A stretch of 64,000 bases of DNA. Source: Bugula neritina. Its lineage: Eukaryota; Animalia; Bryozoa. Location of the stretch: positions 22,319,504-22,383,503 of the forward strand of contig OZ037765.1 in NCBI GenBank assembly GCA_964035545.1, in the 5' to 3' direction. Under the pieces are notes generated by a model. That model did not search any database, was not told the origin of the DNA, and was given only the letters and a program-made list of their open reading frames with translations. Of the stretch, positions 39,401 to 54,417 are shown piece by piece; the stretch's first letter is position 1; every line of letters starts with the position of its first letter. The position numbers and the translations under genes are program-made.

Positions 39401-42400
39401 TGTACTGATTGCATAGTCGTAATTCTTGCTGCTTTTATGAGAGGCAGCCATTATTAGTAATTTAAAAACTATCTGTACATGGCATATTAACCTATTTTAT
39501 ATTTTCCATTGTGTAACAGCTCATCTATCTAAAAATTATTTGAGTAACTACACTCAATTCCTAGTTCATAGGCACACTACAGCCACACAACCTAAACTTT
39601 GATTAGATTTGAAGCCAACATTTGATAGCACAGAATAAGTATACTTCACTGAAATAGACATCACTAGTTGATATTCTGCATAGCGCTATCTATTTGAGCT
39701 GAAAATGAATGTTTGTCATGCCAAGTGCCATTGGAAACGAAGCAGAGTTTTAAAATCACAAAAGGTAATCAACGAAAGAGATAATTCTTAAGCTGCAAAT
39801 ATATGAGCAATCAAAAGATGCATAGAGACAACTTACTAAACATTAAACTCAATTAAATTCAATAGTTTGAAATTGCCCATTTCAGCTTGCTTCTGTAACT
39901 TTATGTACAACATTGCCAACTCCAAACTATTTGCAATAATATATTATATAATGTCATTAAGTAGAGAATGAAATCTGAAACCAGATTCATTTTATAAGAG
40001 ATAGCCAAATATAAAAGAATATTAGATGACCAAAGTCCAAAGACATTACTGTATTGGAATAATACAGATTAGATGTACAGTAAGAATAATACAAACTCCA
40101 CAATTTTGAATTTGAGAGATAAACTGTTATATAATCATCTTACAGTTTCAGTTTTCACAGACGAAAATTATGTAGAATTGTCAGATTTTAACAAAACTAC
40201 TAGCAAGTATTTAAATTTAATTAAAAAACTGCTTTCCAACCAAAAATTGTTATATAATAATTTTATTGTTTAAAAATAGCCTTTTATAACACAAAAGGAA
40301 GTTGAAATCTTTAAAATAACAATGAAATTGCTACTGTATTGTTATTCTATAAGAAAAACTAAAGTTGGGCACATATCTGCAACAGTAATAAACTAACTTG
40401 TAAACTTGCAATATTAACTAAGCTACTAACTTCTAAATCATACCTTGTAGGTCTTGTACAGGTTGAATATATTAGATTTTTGTGATTTTGATGTCATTTT
40501 TCACAACATACTCCTAAATCCCTCTAGATTGTCACTAGTCCGAAGACATTAGATTGAATACTGATAGAATTGCTTATGTTAGCTTTATGTGTGAGATGAT
40601 TATAATATTATTTTGTGACACTTCATCTAATTGGCCAATGAAATCTCAGTTACTCAATCTCACAAAGCCTTCGAGCCCATATAATGCTTACTAGAATGTT
40701 AAGAATAAACACCAGCTCGTGCAAAATACATCATTGTTGGAGCATGTTGATTAAAAACCAAATGTAAACAGAAAATTCAATTAAATCATATGCCAATTAT
40801 AATATGAATACTATTTCAAAGGAAAGATACAGTATATTTCAGTGAGGTGCATAGAAATTAAATCACTAGAAAAATGTTAGCAAGTGGAATCATCTATTCA
40901 TTGTTTCAAGTGCATAGTAGCTTGATACAAGAACAGGTAAACACCTTCTCTGCTTTCAACAATACAATTTCAACAGAAATGCAACTAGTTTGAAAATACA
41001 ACAGAAGCCCCACAACTTTAGCTGCTCAACTTCAATAGACCCCTAATTAGTCTATTCCCAATTTGCATGCATACGCACTGTCAGGGAATTCAGTCTCTAT
41101 ATTTCAAAATACTGCTAAATGATACTTTATGTATTTTAATTATGTTTGATTTTCCTTGGGGCAAAACTTTTCAAAAGTCCAATTAATTAAATATTCAAAT
41201 GTCTATAGTATTTATACTGTTTTTCATAATTAATTGAAACTTTTTAATAGATATAGATTTTGCTTGGTCTAGGCCAGATAAGGACAATCTTATAGCCATA
41301 AGGGCCATGCAAAAAGTTTCTGTTGTGTTTATTAACTACAAGGTATTACATGTGTGGGGTTTAACAGAGAGCTTATCCTTATACACTAATCAATAAATTT
41401 ACAGTAAAATAAGGTACCACCATGTATAGCAGTATCTTGGACTAAAGGTACGTGTATTGCCAGTCTACAATGGTTTGGTAAAATAAGTAGCAATAGAGTT
41501 AGGGCCAACGTAAAAACAGCAGTATTTTAACATGTTTTAATTATAAGAAAAGCAATTTTTTTCTCAGGATGTATTAGCTGGAACTAATGCTATATAAAAA
41601 GCTAAAAAAAACTTTCTTTCCGAGGATCTTTGCTGGCATTATTTATGTAAAAGTCTGTTTCAATTACTTTGAGATAAACTAGATAAACTGGAATTTTCTT
41701 CTGCTATCATTAATATAACCCTATCATTATATAAGATCAGTGTCATTATTTTTCTCAGTAGAGTAGCACATATAAATATAATTTTATCTTTAATTGCGGA
41801 ACTCTTAGCGAGAAAAGGTATTTCAAATGGAGCCTAAATCAAAACCCTTTCATGATTTAACATTCTCTGAAATTGAAAAAAAGTCAAAAGATACAGATTA
41901 ACTTTAGTTTTTAGGAAACATAATGAGTTATATGTAAATTTTCATGAAATAATTTGATGTAAGTTTTAAGCAGAGCCAATCTTCTCATGTGTCGCCCAAT
42001 TAGCCTACCAATAGATGGCTAGTGTGCGTATAGTAAATAAAATATGTTACAGTCATAGTAAATACAATGTTACACGAAATTCAATATCTAATCATGTATC
42101 AGCTATTAATATATTTTCTATACACACAAAAATGTCAAAATTTATAAACCAGAATTTTGCTGTTGTGTATTAAAACAGACATGCATAGAACTATTTTGCA
42201 ATAACCTGTATTCTCAATGCCTCATGGCGGCCTAAAAGTGTGACTGTCATGAATACAACTTTAGGAACATACTCAATACTCAATGACACAATCATCACTA
42301 CCTTATGCAATGCACTAGTTGCACTAAATGCATTATTGGTGATTAATTGGTCTGAACAAAAGTGACAATCCTTGGTTCACTTTAGGATGGCTATTTGGTA

Positions 42401-45400
42401 CTGTCAATTTAATTTACACTTTTAAACTAAAAACAAAGAGACTTTTAATCATCACAGGAAACTCTAAATTTTTCAGGTAATTAATTTATTCCATACTAAA
42501 GTTACCTTCACCAAAAAATCAATAAGTTATTTTTAAAATAAATCTAGCTTGCGCGTGATTGGCTAAGAATAAAACAACCCTTCAGCTGGGGTTTAATGAT
42601 TCTTTCAAAGAGATTCCTAAGGGTGAAGAATTGCATTTTTAGCAGTTAATCTGCATAATACACAATCTACTATATGTATATATTTCCTAAAGAAGATTCA
42701 TAGATTAAGTGGAACATCACAAATAATGTTGTTTTTGGTCTATATGGGCACCCTGAACTCTTGATCACATAAATTACATGAGTTAACAAAATCAAAACAA
42801 ACCTAAGACCTTAGATTAAACATAAATCTATTAGCACTCAACAACAGATTTCACATGTGGATTGAATTTACTACACCAAGTTTAATACAACGATGACTCA
42901 CCTTATTGCTGTTCCCTGCTGCCGCCTTCAGTCGAGTCAGCTGCCTCTCTGCCACACCAAGCCACTTCTCCAACATGCTCAGTACGTTCTGCTCTCGTAA
43001 CTCAGCTGTAAAGACAAAAGTAATGTCATGTAAAAACTATAAGTTTATGTTAGCTTACAGTCTATGAAGTGTACATTTAAGATGACAATTTGTAAGCGTT
43101 TCTTCCATATTACATAATCTTCCACTCCTGTGTACCAGAACAATCTAGATTCAGAGAGATTGCAGTGCAACTACACTCAACGATGTCCACTAAGCTATTT
43201 TATTTTCCATTTGCTGCAAAAGCACTTTTGTAAATCAACCATGTGTAAGAAAAATGAATTCTGCAATTTTTCTTTTATATCAGATTACTCTCTGTCTTAT
43301 AATGTATGGAAGCACAATGTTATCACATAATTTCCACATCTGAGTTACAACGAATTGAAGTATTAAGTGCTTGTTGTTGACTTTACTGGTAATATTTACC
43401 TGACACCATTAAGTCTTTTTAACATGATTTCAGGTGAAAATTTTAGTGGGCATTTTAATTTAGATGCTTTGAAACTGTCAAACTGACAAAAGAGAGGTGG
43501 AGCATTTTGTGTCTAGGCTGTAAGAAGTTTAATTTTAACATAACAAATTTTCAGATCTGAAGTGTTGGAATTAATTTTCTACTTAACGGAGCCAGTAGAT
43601 CAAATACATATAGTGTTAATTATTAAATTAGATTTAAATTGTTGCAAGTAAAGATTCAGTGACTTCAAAACTCAAAAGCAATCATAATACATAATACTAT
43701 ACAATCTACTCTTTGATAGTTACATTGAGCTCTTTTTTAGGGATTAAAGTTCAGTCTTACATATACCAACTATAACGATATATATTCAAAGTTCAAGGCA
43801 ATATTGCTGGAAATTTCAAAATTTACATGTGTACTAAACATGCAATATGTGTTCCCAGGTGTAGGGAAACATAGGAAACATATTGCACACAATTATGGAG
43901 ATGGTATGCTAAACAGCAGATAATTATAATTAATAAATCACACTTTGTAACAAAAGCCAACTTTATGACCATATAGTGGGTGTAGAGCTTAAAAGGAAAC
44001 ATGGGCTGGGCCACAGTCACACAGTTCATCAACTGGGTTTGGTACCGAACTGTATAGCATGATATCTATTTCAAAGAATCAATGGTGATGTCATGAGGGC
44101 ACTTAAATTTATTTGGGCTATACCACCATGAAAAACCCTTCAAACCAAGATTCAAACACATGAGCTCTTTGTAACATTATATATGCACATACCTAAAAAC
44201 TTTGTGCTGGCTCCATATTTCTGTAAAGTTTTGACCATAGAAATATTATTAGTGAGTACTGCTACATCCAGAGCTGTAAGTCCTTCGCTATTTACACTAA
44301 AATGAAAAACTTTATTGTAAACTTCATACCTCCAATAGGTAATATTGCATTAGTAACCATATGTCCTGATTCAATGGTGTTTGATGAGTTAAAGAAAATC
44401 AATTATTCTGTGTTTTTGGCCACATAGCATTTTTTTATTGTTAGGAAACGGAGTCTACTCAAAATAAATATATGAGCATTGAAAATGAAATTAATATTAT
44501 AAGAGAACAAAAATGTCTCTTGAATGTTTTATATAAGATTAAATAATACTCTAGTAACTTTTTAGTTCTAGAAGTTCTTGTTTGTTAGATTCTTTGTTTA
44601 TAAAAATCAGTAAATTGGAACCTTTAAATAATGATGAAAAAAGTGTTTGGTTCTAAAATACTTTTAAAATAAAAAGAAATTCCAAAAAAGTATTGTCTTA
44701 TGATAATTTACAAAAGTTTTAGTATAAGTAAAGCAACTGTATGGGTCAAAACCTATTTTGTTTTTACCCGAAAGAACAATTCATATAGATGTTAGTTTAA
44801 AGTGATGAAAATGGTTATTTAACAATACAACTTTTTCATAAACAGGGTAAGTTTGTAAATTATACATTATCATCTCTAAAAACTGTTTTGAAAATAAATA
44901 ATTTAATAAAACTATGGCATTGTCATAATGGAAGTAAAAAGAAGCATTTGTTATCTTGAAGCTTACCTATTGACACAAGATTTGTCTACATTCAATAGGT
45001 GTCCAAGTTGTTCTGTGTCAGAGCTTTCAACAGCATTCAGATACGCTGTAACAATAACAACTTGCATGTACTTACTAGTACTACTTCATTGAAACCAGCT
45101 CACTGAGGGTAGCAAACAAATAACCAACATAAATATTATTAACAAAATATTTGTTGAGCCTGAGTCTTTCTGACTACTGCAATAAAGTATTACAATTTCA
45201 ATCAGTATTTATAATATTATAATTATGTTAAATTAAATATATTTATAAATATTTTAACATATAACAACTTATGTAGGTTTTTGAAATGTTGATATAGTAA
45301 AGAATTAAGACTTAGGTAATACAGTAAAAGAAACATTAGGGTGTTTGCTTATTAAATGTACCATTGAGATGAGCATTCTTTTCAGTCATTTTGTTTTTCT

Positions 45401-48400
45401 TATCTACTTTCCGATCATGATCAGCTGATCCATGAAAACTTCCTTTTCTAATGACTAAAAACAATAAACAGTGTTAGGCTAATTCTCATAATTAATAAGG
45501 GTTCTGGGAGTAATTTTTAAAGTTCTGCAAGTTTTAAGTTTGTAAAGAGTTGTCTACAACTACATATATTCTTAATAAGATAACTCCAAAAAGTTTGCAA
45601 CTTTTCATAACTAAAATACTAATATTCTAGCAGTTCTATGTAACTAACATAAGTCTTAGATTCAAAAGCTGAAAATTTTTAGGAGAAATTGGGAAAAGCT
45701 TATGTTCTAGATAAAAAATGTAACAAATTCTCTTTCGAGAATTTCAACCTTCCCCAAACCAAAATCTATAAAGAAAATTAAAAAGCTTAGGCTATTGGAA
45801 TTTCTCCACTGCTGCAGCTAAATGTCTAAAGTCACAATCGAAAGCATTCGAAGCATCATGCTGCACTTACAGGCGAATCTTCTGGAAGTAGTGACAGGAG
45901 ATGGTGGTTTTACAGACTCGGTCTTACAGTTTGGAACTGAGGATTGACTAGAAAGCAGTGGGGTGCTCTTGGATGTATGGAGTTGAGGCTTACGCTGGCT
46001 TTTCGTTTTTGGCTGTTGAACCGACAGCTTAATTTTGGGAATGTGAGGAAGATCAACTGTGTCTTCGGCTAATTTGACGATTCCATTCAGTAACTCTTCA
46101 GTCCTGCTGGAACCAATTTATGTGTCAACACATAAAAGTCAACTAAACACTACCACTTGTTCCATAGCTCAATTATATTTTAAATTAAAGCTATGACCAT
46201 CACAGAACAGGCGCATATCATATTTTGTATGGTTGTATTCATAAATGAATTAGTATATCTACTTTTACTACAATCTTTTTAGCTTTAAACACCTATCAAC
46301 TGTTTCCATATTGTACTAATTTCGCAAAGAACTGCAATGACAGTTTATAGATATTGCAATTTGCAAAGCTATTATCAGGTATGAATGACGTTTTCAAATA
46401 ATTGGAGTTATCTTTCGATATTTCAGTTGACACAAGTTGAAAATCGACATCTGTTGACTGTTAGATGCCGCCTACCTATTTGATATGGAACTCCCCAGAT
46501 TCTCTTGATTTGATTGATGCAGTGGAACTGAACCACAATTTGTTGAGTCAAGTTTATGAACTTCACTTGTTTTTGGAAGTGCTTGATATGTATGAAGTTT
46601 TCTACAAATATAAATTTACACTTTAGCAAAATCTCATTTTATAGCATTAAATTTTATTAGACACTATATCCATATTCTGAATGCTTGGTGAAACAGGTGA
46701 CTGAAAGCATTGAAATGACAAGTTACTAAATTAAAGTTTAAAGTAAATACTTTAGCTTGCACTTGAAATATAGTACCATATAAGAAGAGGCAGTGAGCCA
46801 TCAACAACCAAGAAACAGCATAATTTGCTTCAACAAAATCCATGCGACATTAAAAATCACTTTTGCAAACGATCAAACTTTCAATATATAGTTCAAGAAC
46901 AATAATGTTTCAAATTATTAAGTTTTTGCTTTATTACTCAGTTTTTTTTCAGAATTTACAAATCTTCCTGAGGCCTAAAAGATTACAGTCCCTCTACATA
47001 ACAGGTATTTTAATTCTGCCAAGACCTTGTTTTCAGAATGTTCAGCTCTGAAGCTTTTGACAACAAGTCAGTCTGACAAATTACATTCAAACTGAATTAT
47101 AACATCAAGCAATCTATATTTTTCTTTAAATATCTCCTTTTTGAAAATTTTAAATTTATTTATATTGAACTTAAAGTGCAATACATGGCTTAAGCTATGC
47201 TACACCTGTTAAATATGCTATAAAACTAGTTAAACTTCTAAGAATACCTTTGGTTTTTTCTTATGTTTTTAGTTTTAAAAATACACTAATACAACTACAA
47301 GTACGATCAGATAAGAAATGAGACAAATTAGTTGGTGGTGGAAGCAAACATTGAAATTTTAACAAATATTAAATTATTTTTTCTTGTAGCCGAAATAAAA
47401 CAAAAACAACTAAAAGGTAAGCCTAATTCAGTCAGACTTATTTGTAATGAAATGATATAAAACCAAGTAGTTGTACATATAAATCAAACATTAAACTTAC
47501 TTGAAAGAGTCAGTAGACAAGCTTTTCCGAACAGATGGGTGCATGTCATAGATAGAGTGAATGGCTGCAGCTGGTGGAGGGTTAATGTACAATTTACTTC
47601 CTGTAATGGAGTAAGTTGTTACTCATAGAGAACTAGCACGTGCCTCTACTACAGCCATTGGAAACTGTTAGAACTGGTCATGAGACCATAGAAGAGTCAG
47701 GCATAGTCATAGCCTATGATTAAATGGTTTCCCCTGCATTGTAGCAACGCTATCACACAATGAACCAGTAAGGTTATTGCAGCTTATGTTGTTACAAAAT
47801 GGGGGTATTAGTTGTAACAAAGCAAGAGTTTATTACTAATAGGTAAATCAAACAACACTCACCTATTGTACTTGCAACTTGTGTAGATGTATTACTATAG
47901 AGTTATTATAAGCAACACATGGCTATATAGCACTCAGTTTTACCTACTACATAGAAGCTAGGACTTTTAGTCAAATATAATCAATATTTTGTATTCATTA
48001 AGCTCAGGAAATTACATATGCAGAAGACAATCAAATTGTAAATGATGAAGAAAAGTTAAAATTGACATGAAAAGACTTTGATGTTGTATAGATTTTAACC
48101 AAAACACACTGGGACTAATTTATTCTGGGCATGCACCAACAGAATGTCAATCAGTACTGGTGAACTATATTTTGAAATCAAAATGAAACTTAATGGGAAA
48201 GTCTGTATGAAAGCAGTTAAGAGGAATGACTAACAGCCACAGCATCTATTACATCACAATGAGCAATTAGACTCAATTAGCTGCCTATAGATAACAAAAT
48301 TAGGTCATAATAGGCCTGTTTTAATTGTACTTTATGCAGTCACATTTAATACTTTATTAATCTACCTGTATATGCAGTTCCATTTTAGATGACCCATTAG

Positions 48401-50767
48401 ATCACTACTAAGGAAATGTTCTTTATTTTACTAGTTTAAGTTTAATTGTTTGTTTGAGTTGTCTACCATGCTTGTTTGCATAAACAATCACATGACCCAT
48501 TTTATATTCTATTGGATAGATGATAGTAGGTGCTTACTACACAAATTTACTGTTTTTTCCAATCTTAAATATTGCTTATCAACAGTTAAATATTGCAGTT
48601 ATATTATATCACAATAAAATAGGTATCATGCTAGATAATATATGATCATAATAAAAGTAATATATTATTACCAAGTTACTACCATGTTGTAATTTATCAC
48701 AAGCAAAATTCATTCTTAACTATCTCAGTAAGCTATGATACTTTCTAGTTACTACAGTTTGACGTCAGAATAGTGAGCGAAAATGGGTGTCTCTTCCCCC
48801 CCCTCTCTCTCCTCATCATTATAGGTTGTTGAATTCACACTTTGTTCAATTTTAAAATGAATTACATCTAGAAGTTAGGCTATTCAAAAGTGTGATTTAA
48901 TAAAAGGGGCAGGACCTAGCCCCCTTTTCATATGGCGCTTTCAATATAGCTGAGTAGTAAACGCCAAGGAGAAACAGGTGAGAGGGAAGAAGTAATTTAA
49001 ATGCTGGAATGCCTTAAACTCAACCACTTGACATTTAATTACTAGCCTTATGTGCTCAATTTTATCCAATATATAAATAATTAATTTATTTACCCATCAG
49101 CTCAGGCAAACTATCACAATATTCTCATAACGAGTTTAAATGTATATTAAGATAATCTGGAGATGCACTTACTATTCCTATGAGATGTTGAAGAGGTGGG
49201 AGCTTGATGATTGTATTTGCCTGATGTAAGAGAGTGGGGGTATACTTGACTGCTATTTACTGAATGGTTAGAGCTTGAAGATCCTAGAAAATAAACAAAT
49301 GACAATGCAGTATTCATTAAAATTAATGGTGAAGCTGTTTTACGGTTACTTTGGTTTTATTAGGTGTTCTTCAGTCCCAAGCTTGAGCTAAAACTAGTAC
49401 ACTTAGTTTAAATTATCTTTAGGTGGCAGATTGCGCTGCTATTTGAAAAGAACACAACTCTGAAATTAGACTATTGTTGCTTTTGATGTAAGGCTATTTG
49501 TGTGCGTGTGTGTGTGTGTGTGTGAGTGAGTGAGTGAGTGAGTGAGTGAGTGAGTGAGTGAGTGAGTGAGTGAGTGAGTGAGTGAGTGAGTGAGTGAGTG
49601 AGTGTGTGTTGTGTGTTGTGTGTGTTCAAGTTATACACCAAATAGCCATTGAAATTTACATATTATAACCACTTTATTACAATATTTCATATTTCAGTAG
49701 CTTCACCTACCCGAACAAGTACTTCCTGAATGAGATTTGCTCTGAAAATCAGAGGAAAGTCTCCAAGACAGCCCTTTGATGTGGTTGTCCTGAGGAATAT
49801 CAAAACAGTCTGCTTGACTACCAGGGAGTCTGTGAAACAAAAGTTCAGTCAATATAAAACATGGCAGTGCATGGGAAAATTACAGGCCCACTGGTTTTTA
49901 TGATATATTACTGTGCTAGGAGGTTTCTTGTTTTCCTGTACCTATTTGAGCTCTTCTTTATACAATATTAATGTAATTACGCAGAAACATACATGAATAA
50001 GAAGAATGTAAATATTAGTTTACCTGGGGGAGTAATCTGTGTAGGTGTCATCATTAAGGTAAATATTCTCATAATCACATGTATAAACATTCTCATAGTT
50101 AGAGTTGGCTACTGTGGTGTTGGGGAGATAATCCTCAAAGCTATAAAATTCTGCTTCGTGCAAAGGTAAAGTTCCCCTTTGACTATTGCTACAAAACAAT
50201 ATGTGCATTAATAATAAAAAGGATGAAATTGAACCAAAAACGAACTCAGTTACAAGATCTCTTACATTTTTACTCGGACTTTTTTTCTTTTATTGTGTGC
50301 CAGGCAACTTAGTTAACAATTAAGACTTCAACATTTATATTTATGTACAAAATTTTGTTGACTATGGTATATAATAGTTACATGGTTACCAAATATTATT
50401 AACTATACTGTACATATTGAAGTTATTTGAAAACTGAAAGCAATAAAAAATATGCCAATTTAAATTATTTTTGTTATATATTATATTTCATAAAATAGTA
50501 TACTGCAATTATAAACCATTTATTACTTTTGGTTATATCATAAAGAATATTACATTATTAATGTTATTTTATTATAACAACTCACCTATTTTGATTAGCA
50601 AGGCTAATGCCGGTGTAGCTATGGTCTATAGATCCAGCGGCAGATAAATCCAAGTATTCCAGTTGGTAATTGGTACTGTTACTGAAGTCTGGGATAATAG
50701 GAGTTGTGTAATTTCCAGGTATTTCACCAAAGTTGAGGGAGGGTTTTAAATTATGTTTGGTAGCCAT
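33422..50767 (-). CDS. ANKFN1: Ankyrin repeat and fibronectin type III domain-containing protein 1 (wide awake/banderuola orthologue) with C-terminal Ras-association domain, ~1233 aa
   Basis: Twenty phase-consistent GT-AG exons (minus): 50767-50586, 50188-50024, 49829-49711, 49283-49173, 47600-47501, 46106-45871, 45454-45362, 45045-44967, 44296-44193, 43005-42902, 39162-39087, 38448-38335, 38142-37954, 37117-36880, 36740-36491, 36171-35971, 35648-35363, 35127-34996, 34503-34337, 34177-33422 (3702 nt). Motifs: ankyrin AYLNAVESSD / NSEGLTALDVAVLTNN; QWEFKHRLFRRMRSGY; FN3 GLECGTPYFVRVTAWNVKGFG; GVYLVSICFNEDKVLVTTEDNLPIIEVDE; GLYLGYLNI; RA domain GILRVYAAYESGLTRGTSVMLHVT. The first four or five low-complexity exons are less certain. 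Confidence 0.92.
34616..34812 (-). mobile_element. tRNA-derived SINE, copy 3 (best-preserved A box), in an ANKFN1 intron
   Basis: Head ggagcagctgtgctgtagtggttagagc (A box)...cacgaggtcagtggttc, with the same core and tail as copies 1 and 2. Confidence 0.7.
49499..49625. repeat. Compound microsatellite (TG)n-(TGAG)~20-(TG)n in an ANKFN1 intron
   Basis: Directly visible in the sequence. Confidence 0.97.
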
Positions 50768-53700
50768 GTTGCACAAGAGGCTTTTCAGGGTGATGCTTTA
50801 GTTCCGTTTGTAGTGCATTTTAAATAGGTCCATTGCTGAAATAGAAATAAGAACCTCGAATTATTACGAAAGATATGTTTTACGTTTTGATTCTAGCAAT
50901 TAGTTGTATAAAATTGTAATTTTTAGTAGAATACAAAAGTTTTCAAAGCCAAATGACAATGTGGGAATTGAAGAAATCAAAGCTAAACAAGAACATTTGT
51001 ACAGATTTAAATTGGTAAAAGAAGCATTTAGTTATCTTAAATTACTTATTAATTTTTTTCAGAAATTTTCAAGAGGCTACTTTTTATGCATTAAATTGGC
51101 TATTGCTATTGTTTAGTGACTCTTTTTCTTTGATTTTATAGATGAAAAGAGAAAAACCAGGTAAATTATCCTTAACTGCAGTCCTGATAAAATTGGTAAG
51201 TTTTATTTCCAATGCCTATACTCCTAATTCTTCAAATAAACCCAGCCTATTGTGATAATGGCAATAAAAAAAATTAATGTGCATACTTCTTTTAAAGGTA
51301 AAACTACTTTGCAAAGTGTAGACAAATATTTAGATAATTAACATACACTAGACTTGAATGTTAATCTTATTTAATCCTATTCAATAAATCTGTAACCTAG
51401 CAACCAATCTATTCAGTTGAAGACTGCACTGAATCAAAACACTATGTAATGTTTTGAGCATGATCACTTAAAGGGAGAGGGAGGTTACCCTCAAAAATAC
51501 TAAAAAGGAATAAAAGACTGAATGAATAAAGTGGTGTGAGTTTTGCTGTAAATCTTTGCATCAAGCAAGGAGTTGAGCTATAGCTAGTCGTTAGCACAAA
51601 CCAATTCCTAGCTCTCAGCAACATTCAAAATAGGTTAGGAATACCTAGGCAACAAAATCAATTCAGGAAAACAGTTTATAACATGAAGCTTTCCAAAGAT
51701 TCACATGTCCCATTTTTCATCTAAAAACAAATTCAAAGCTTGTGCTTTGCAGGGTCTGAAGATGCATTGCATACGATAGTGGTTTGCAAATTATGGCATG
51801 CATGCAAGATCTTCCTGAGCATAAATTTCTATAAAATAAAAGAGTTATACAATTCTTATAAAATTGTTTTTTTAAGCTTTTGACTTTGGGTAAAATAGTT
51901 ATAATAAAGTCCGTCAAATCTTTTGTAAACTAAACTCTTACAAAGTATGAAATTGCTGTAAATACTTTTGCTGAGCCTAAGATTTAACTGGCTTATAATT
52001 CAAACCACAGATAAAGAATTCAGGCTGCTGAAATTTCTCTTTTACTCCGTTGCCAGTTCAGCTCCTAAATTTTCTATAAACTTAATTATGTTTTATTTTA
52101 ATGGTGATAATGTTTATAGATAATAGCCAGTGTAAATGAAATCAATATCATTACATATTACTTTTTAGTTGTAGGCCTAATTATAATGCGATTAAATGCT
52201 GATTCCATTGCCAGTGAAATTAACTGCCATCAGGATACAACAGAAATAGCACCATAGCCATGGACTCTCTTTGAACTTTTTACGGAATTCTTTTAGTTCA
52301 TAGATTGTAAAAATAAAAATTGTCGTGACACTTAATACATAACTATCAGGCTGATCTAATCAAATTTAGATTGTTGAAATAAAAGCTAAAGAGCGTCTAG
52401 TGTATTTTCTATAGAGATTATGATTACCACTTTCAAAGTAAATTAATTATTTAAGGAGCTTTGATGAATTTGAAGAGACAAGAGCAAAAAAGTTTCAAAT
52501 GCTGGAATTAGACATTAATTTTTCTATGATGCTATTGCAAAGCTATAGAAAAAGCATTGATATGATATGATAAACATAATGATGATCTTATGAGTGGTTC
52601 CAGGAAAAGTAAAGCAAAAACTAGCCTTTTGCCAATTCTTCAAGGTACTTCAAAAAGAGCTATTTAGCTGAGATGAATTTCATGTCAAGATGCTGTTGAA
52701 AATTGACCCCCCCCCCTCTTCTTGCTCATGCACTTTTTACGAACTATTAGCAGCTCAGCCTGTTTGTCAGCAGCAAACAGCAATAGTTAGTCAATAACAA
52801 TAAGTGAAGATAATTGTAGTAAGATCTACAGAGTAGTGGAGGCAAATATTACAAATCAATTATGAACAGCAGATGCAAAAGTAATTAAACATTGAAAAAT
52901 ATATCATCTATGTATTCACTTGTTGTTCATCACATTAGTACTGATATGTGTGCAGTGTCAATATGGTTTACTTTGCTTTTTGTACCAAGGAGTTATCTCT
53001 TATAATAACATGTTTTGTAAAACTACAGGATGCGGTGGATGCTGAAAATACGTTTTGTCAAAGTGAAGAATTAAAGTTAATTACAAGCTGCAAATTTTGG
53101 GCAAAACTCAATCAGTATAATAAGACATAAAAACAAGTTTTTCCAAAAATTTAATGCAACAAGTTGAAGATTTCAAAACTAGAATAAAATTTTCTCTCAA
53201 TAGAATATTTGCTGGAGAAATTTACATCCTGCCAAACTGTGCAAAGTCTTAACCAAAACATTGTCAAATTTACTAATATATATACATGGCTTGCATAATA
53301 GACTTTTCCCATAGTCTCACTATATTGTGTGGCTAATGAACATACTGACATAAAGGATATATCGATAAAACATTGTTGAGAAAGTATACATACAGACAAA
53401 CCAATAAACTACATCTTAGTGAAACTACTAATTTATTATTTATGAGTATGACGCAATTCTCCCAACAAAGCATAAAGCCTGTGCTTTCAATGAAAGACTA
53501 CTATTTTCTACTAGCCCAACCATTGCTTCTACTAAATATATTAAACGTATATATGACTTATGAGCTTCTGAGCCATGTTGCCTTCAAACAGCATATTTCA
53601 ACTAAAAATTTAAAACTTTGTGGCCAACTTCAAGGCAAACATTTGTAAAAGGATGTGTTGGTAATGTTTACTGTAATATTGATGCCAACATTTGAGGGAA

Positions 53701-54417
53701 ATCCTCATTGAAAAGAGTAACAAAGAAAATAACTTTTGTTTCAGAACAAAGTATACACTGATAGTTTGCTCGTAGCTAGCAGTCTAATTGGAAATCAAAT
53801 GTGAGATAACATGAAATAAAGTTAGTTTTACTAGCAAGTAGCAACTAGCTACATTTCAATACTTGGGATCAGCTATATTTTTACAGTAACATTAGAAATT
53901 GCTTGTGATATCACATATTCACTAATCACTAGCTAAGATTCCGATAATGAACCAGAAAAGCTTTTTGAAAACTAGTACCTGTAAATGAGATTTCTTATTT
54001 AACATTCAATTACCTGAACAACTTTTAAATTTTGTAATAAGTTAATTGTAGAGCTAACCCCTACACAAACTACTAAGATGGTACATACAGCTTACCCGCT
54101 TACTCAGTTGTTCTACTTGTTCTACGGATAAAGTTCAAAAGCTAAGTTTTGCTACAACCAAGTAGTTAGATCTTACAACATATCCTGAGCAATGACTCTG
54201 CACAAACTCTCCAAGTTGAATGATCTAACAAAAGCTTACCAACATTATCAAAGGTGTTTATAGTGAGATGATAGTTTAACAGATTATTTCTTTCCGAATG
54301 ATTTAACACTTCATATTACGCACAGTTTATAGGTAATTTACCAAACAACTGCAATGTGTATTACACTGACCCAATATATAAAAATAATTTACTCCATTCA
54401 ACTCATCACAAAACAAT

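Noticed and set aside
46103-46109. NAGNAG (CAGCAG) tandem acceptor in ANKFN1
   Set aside because: A common feature that would change one residue in a low-complexity region.
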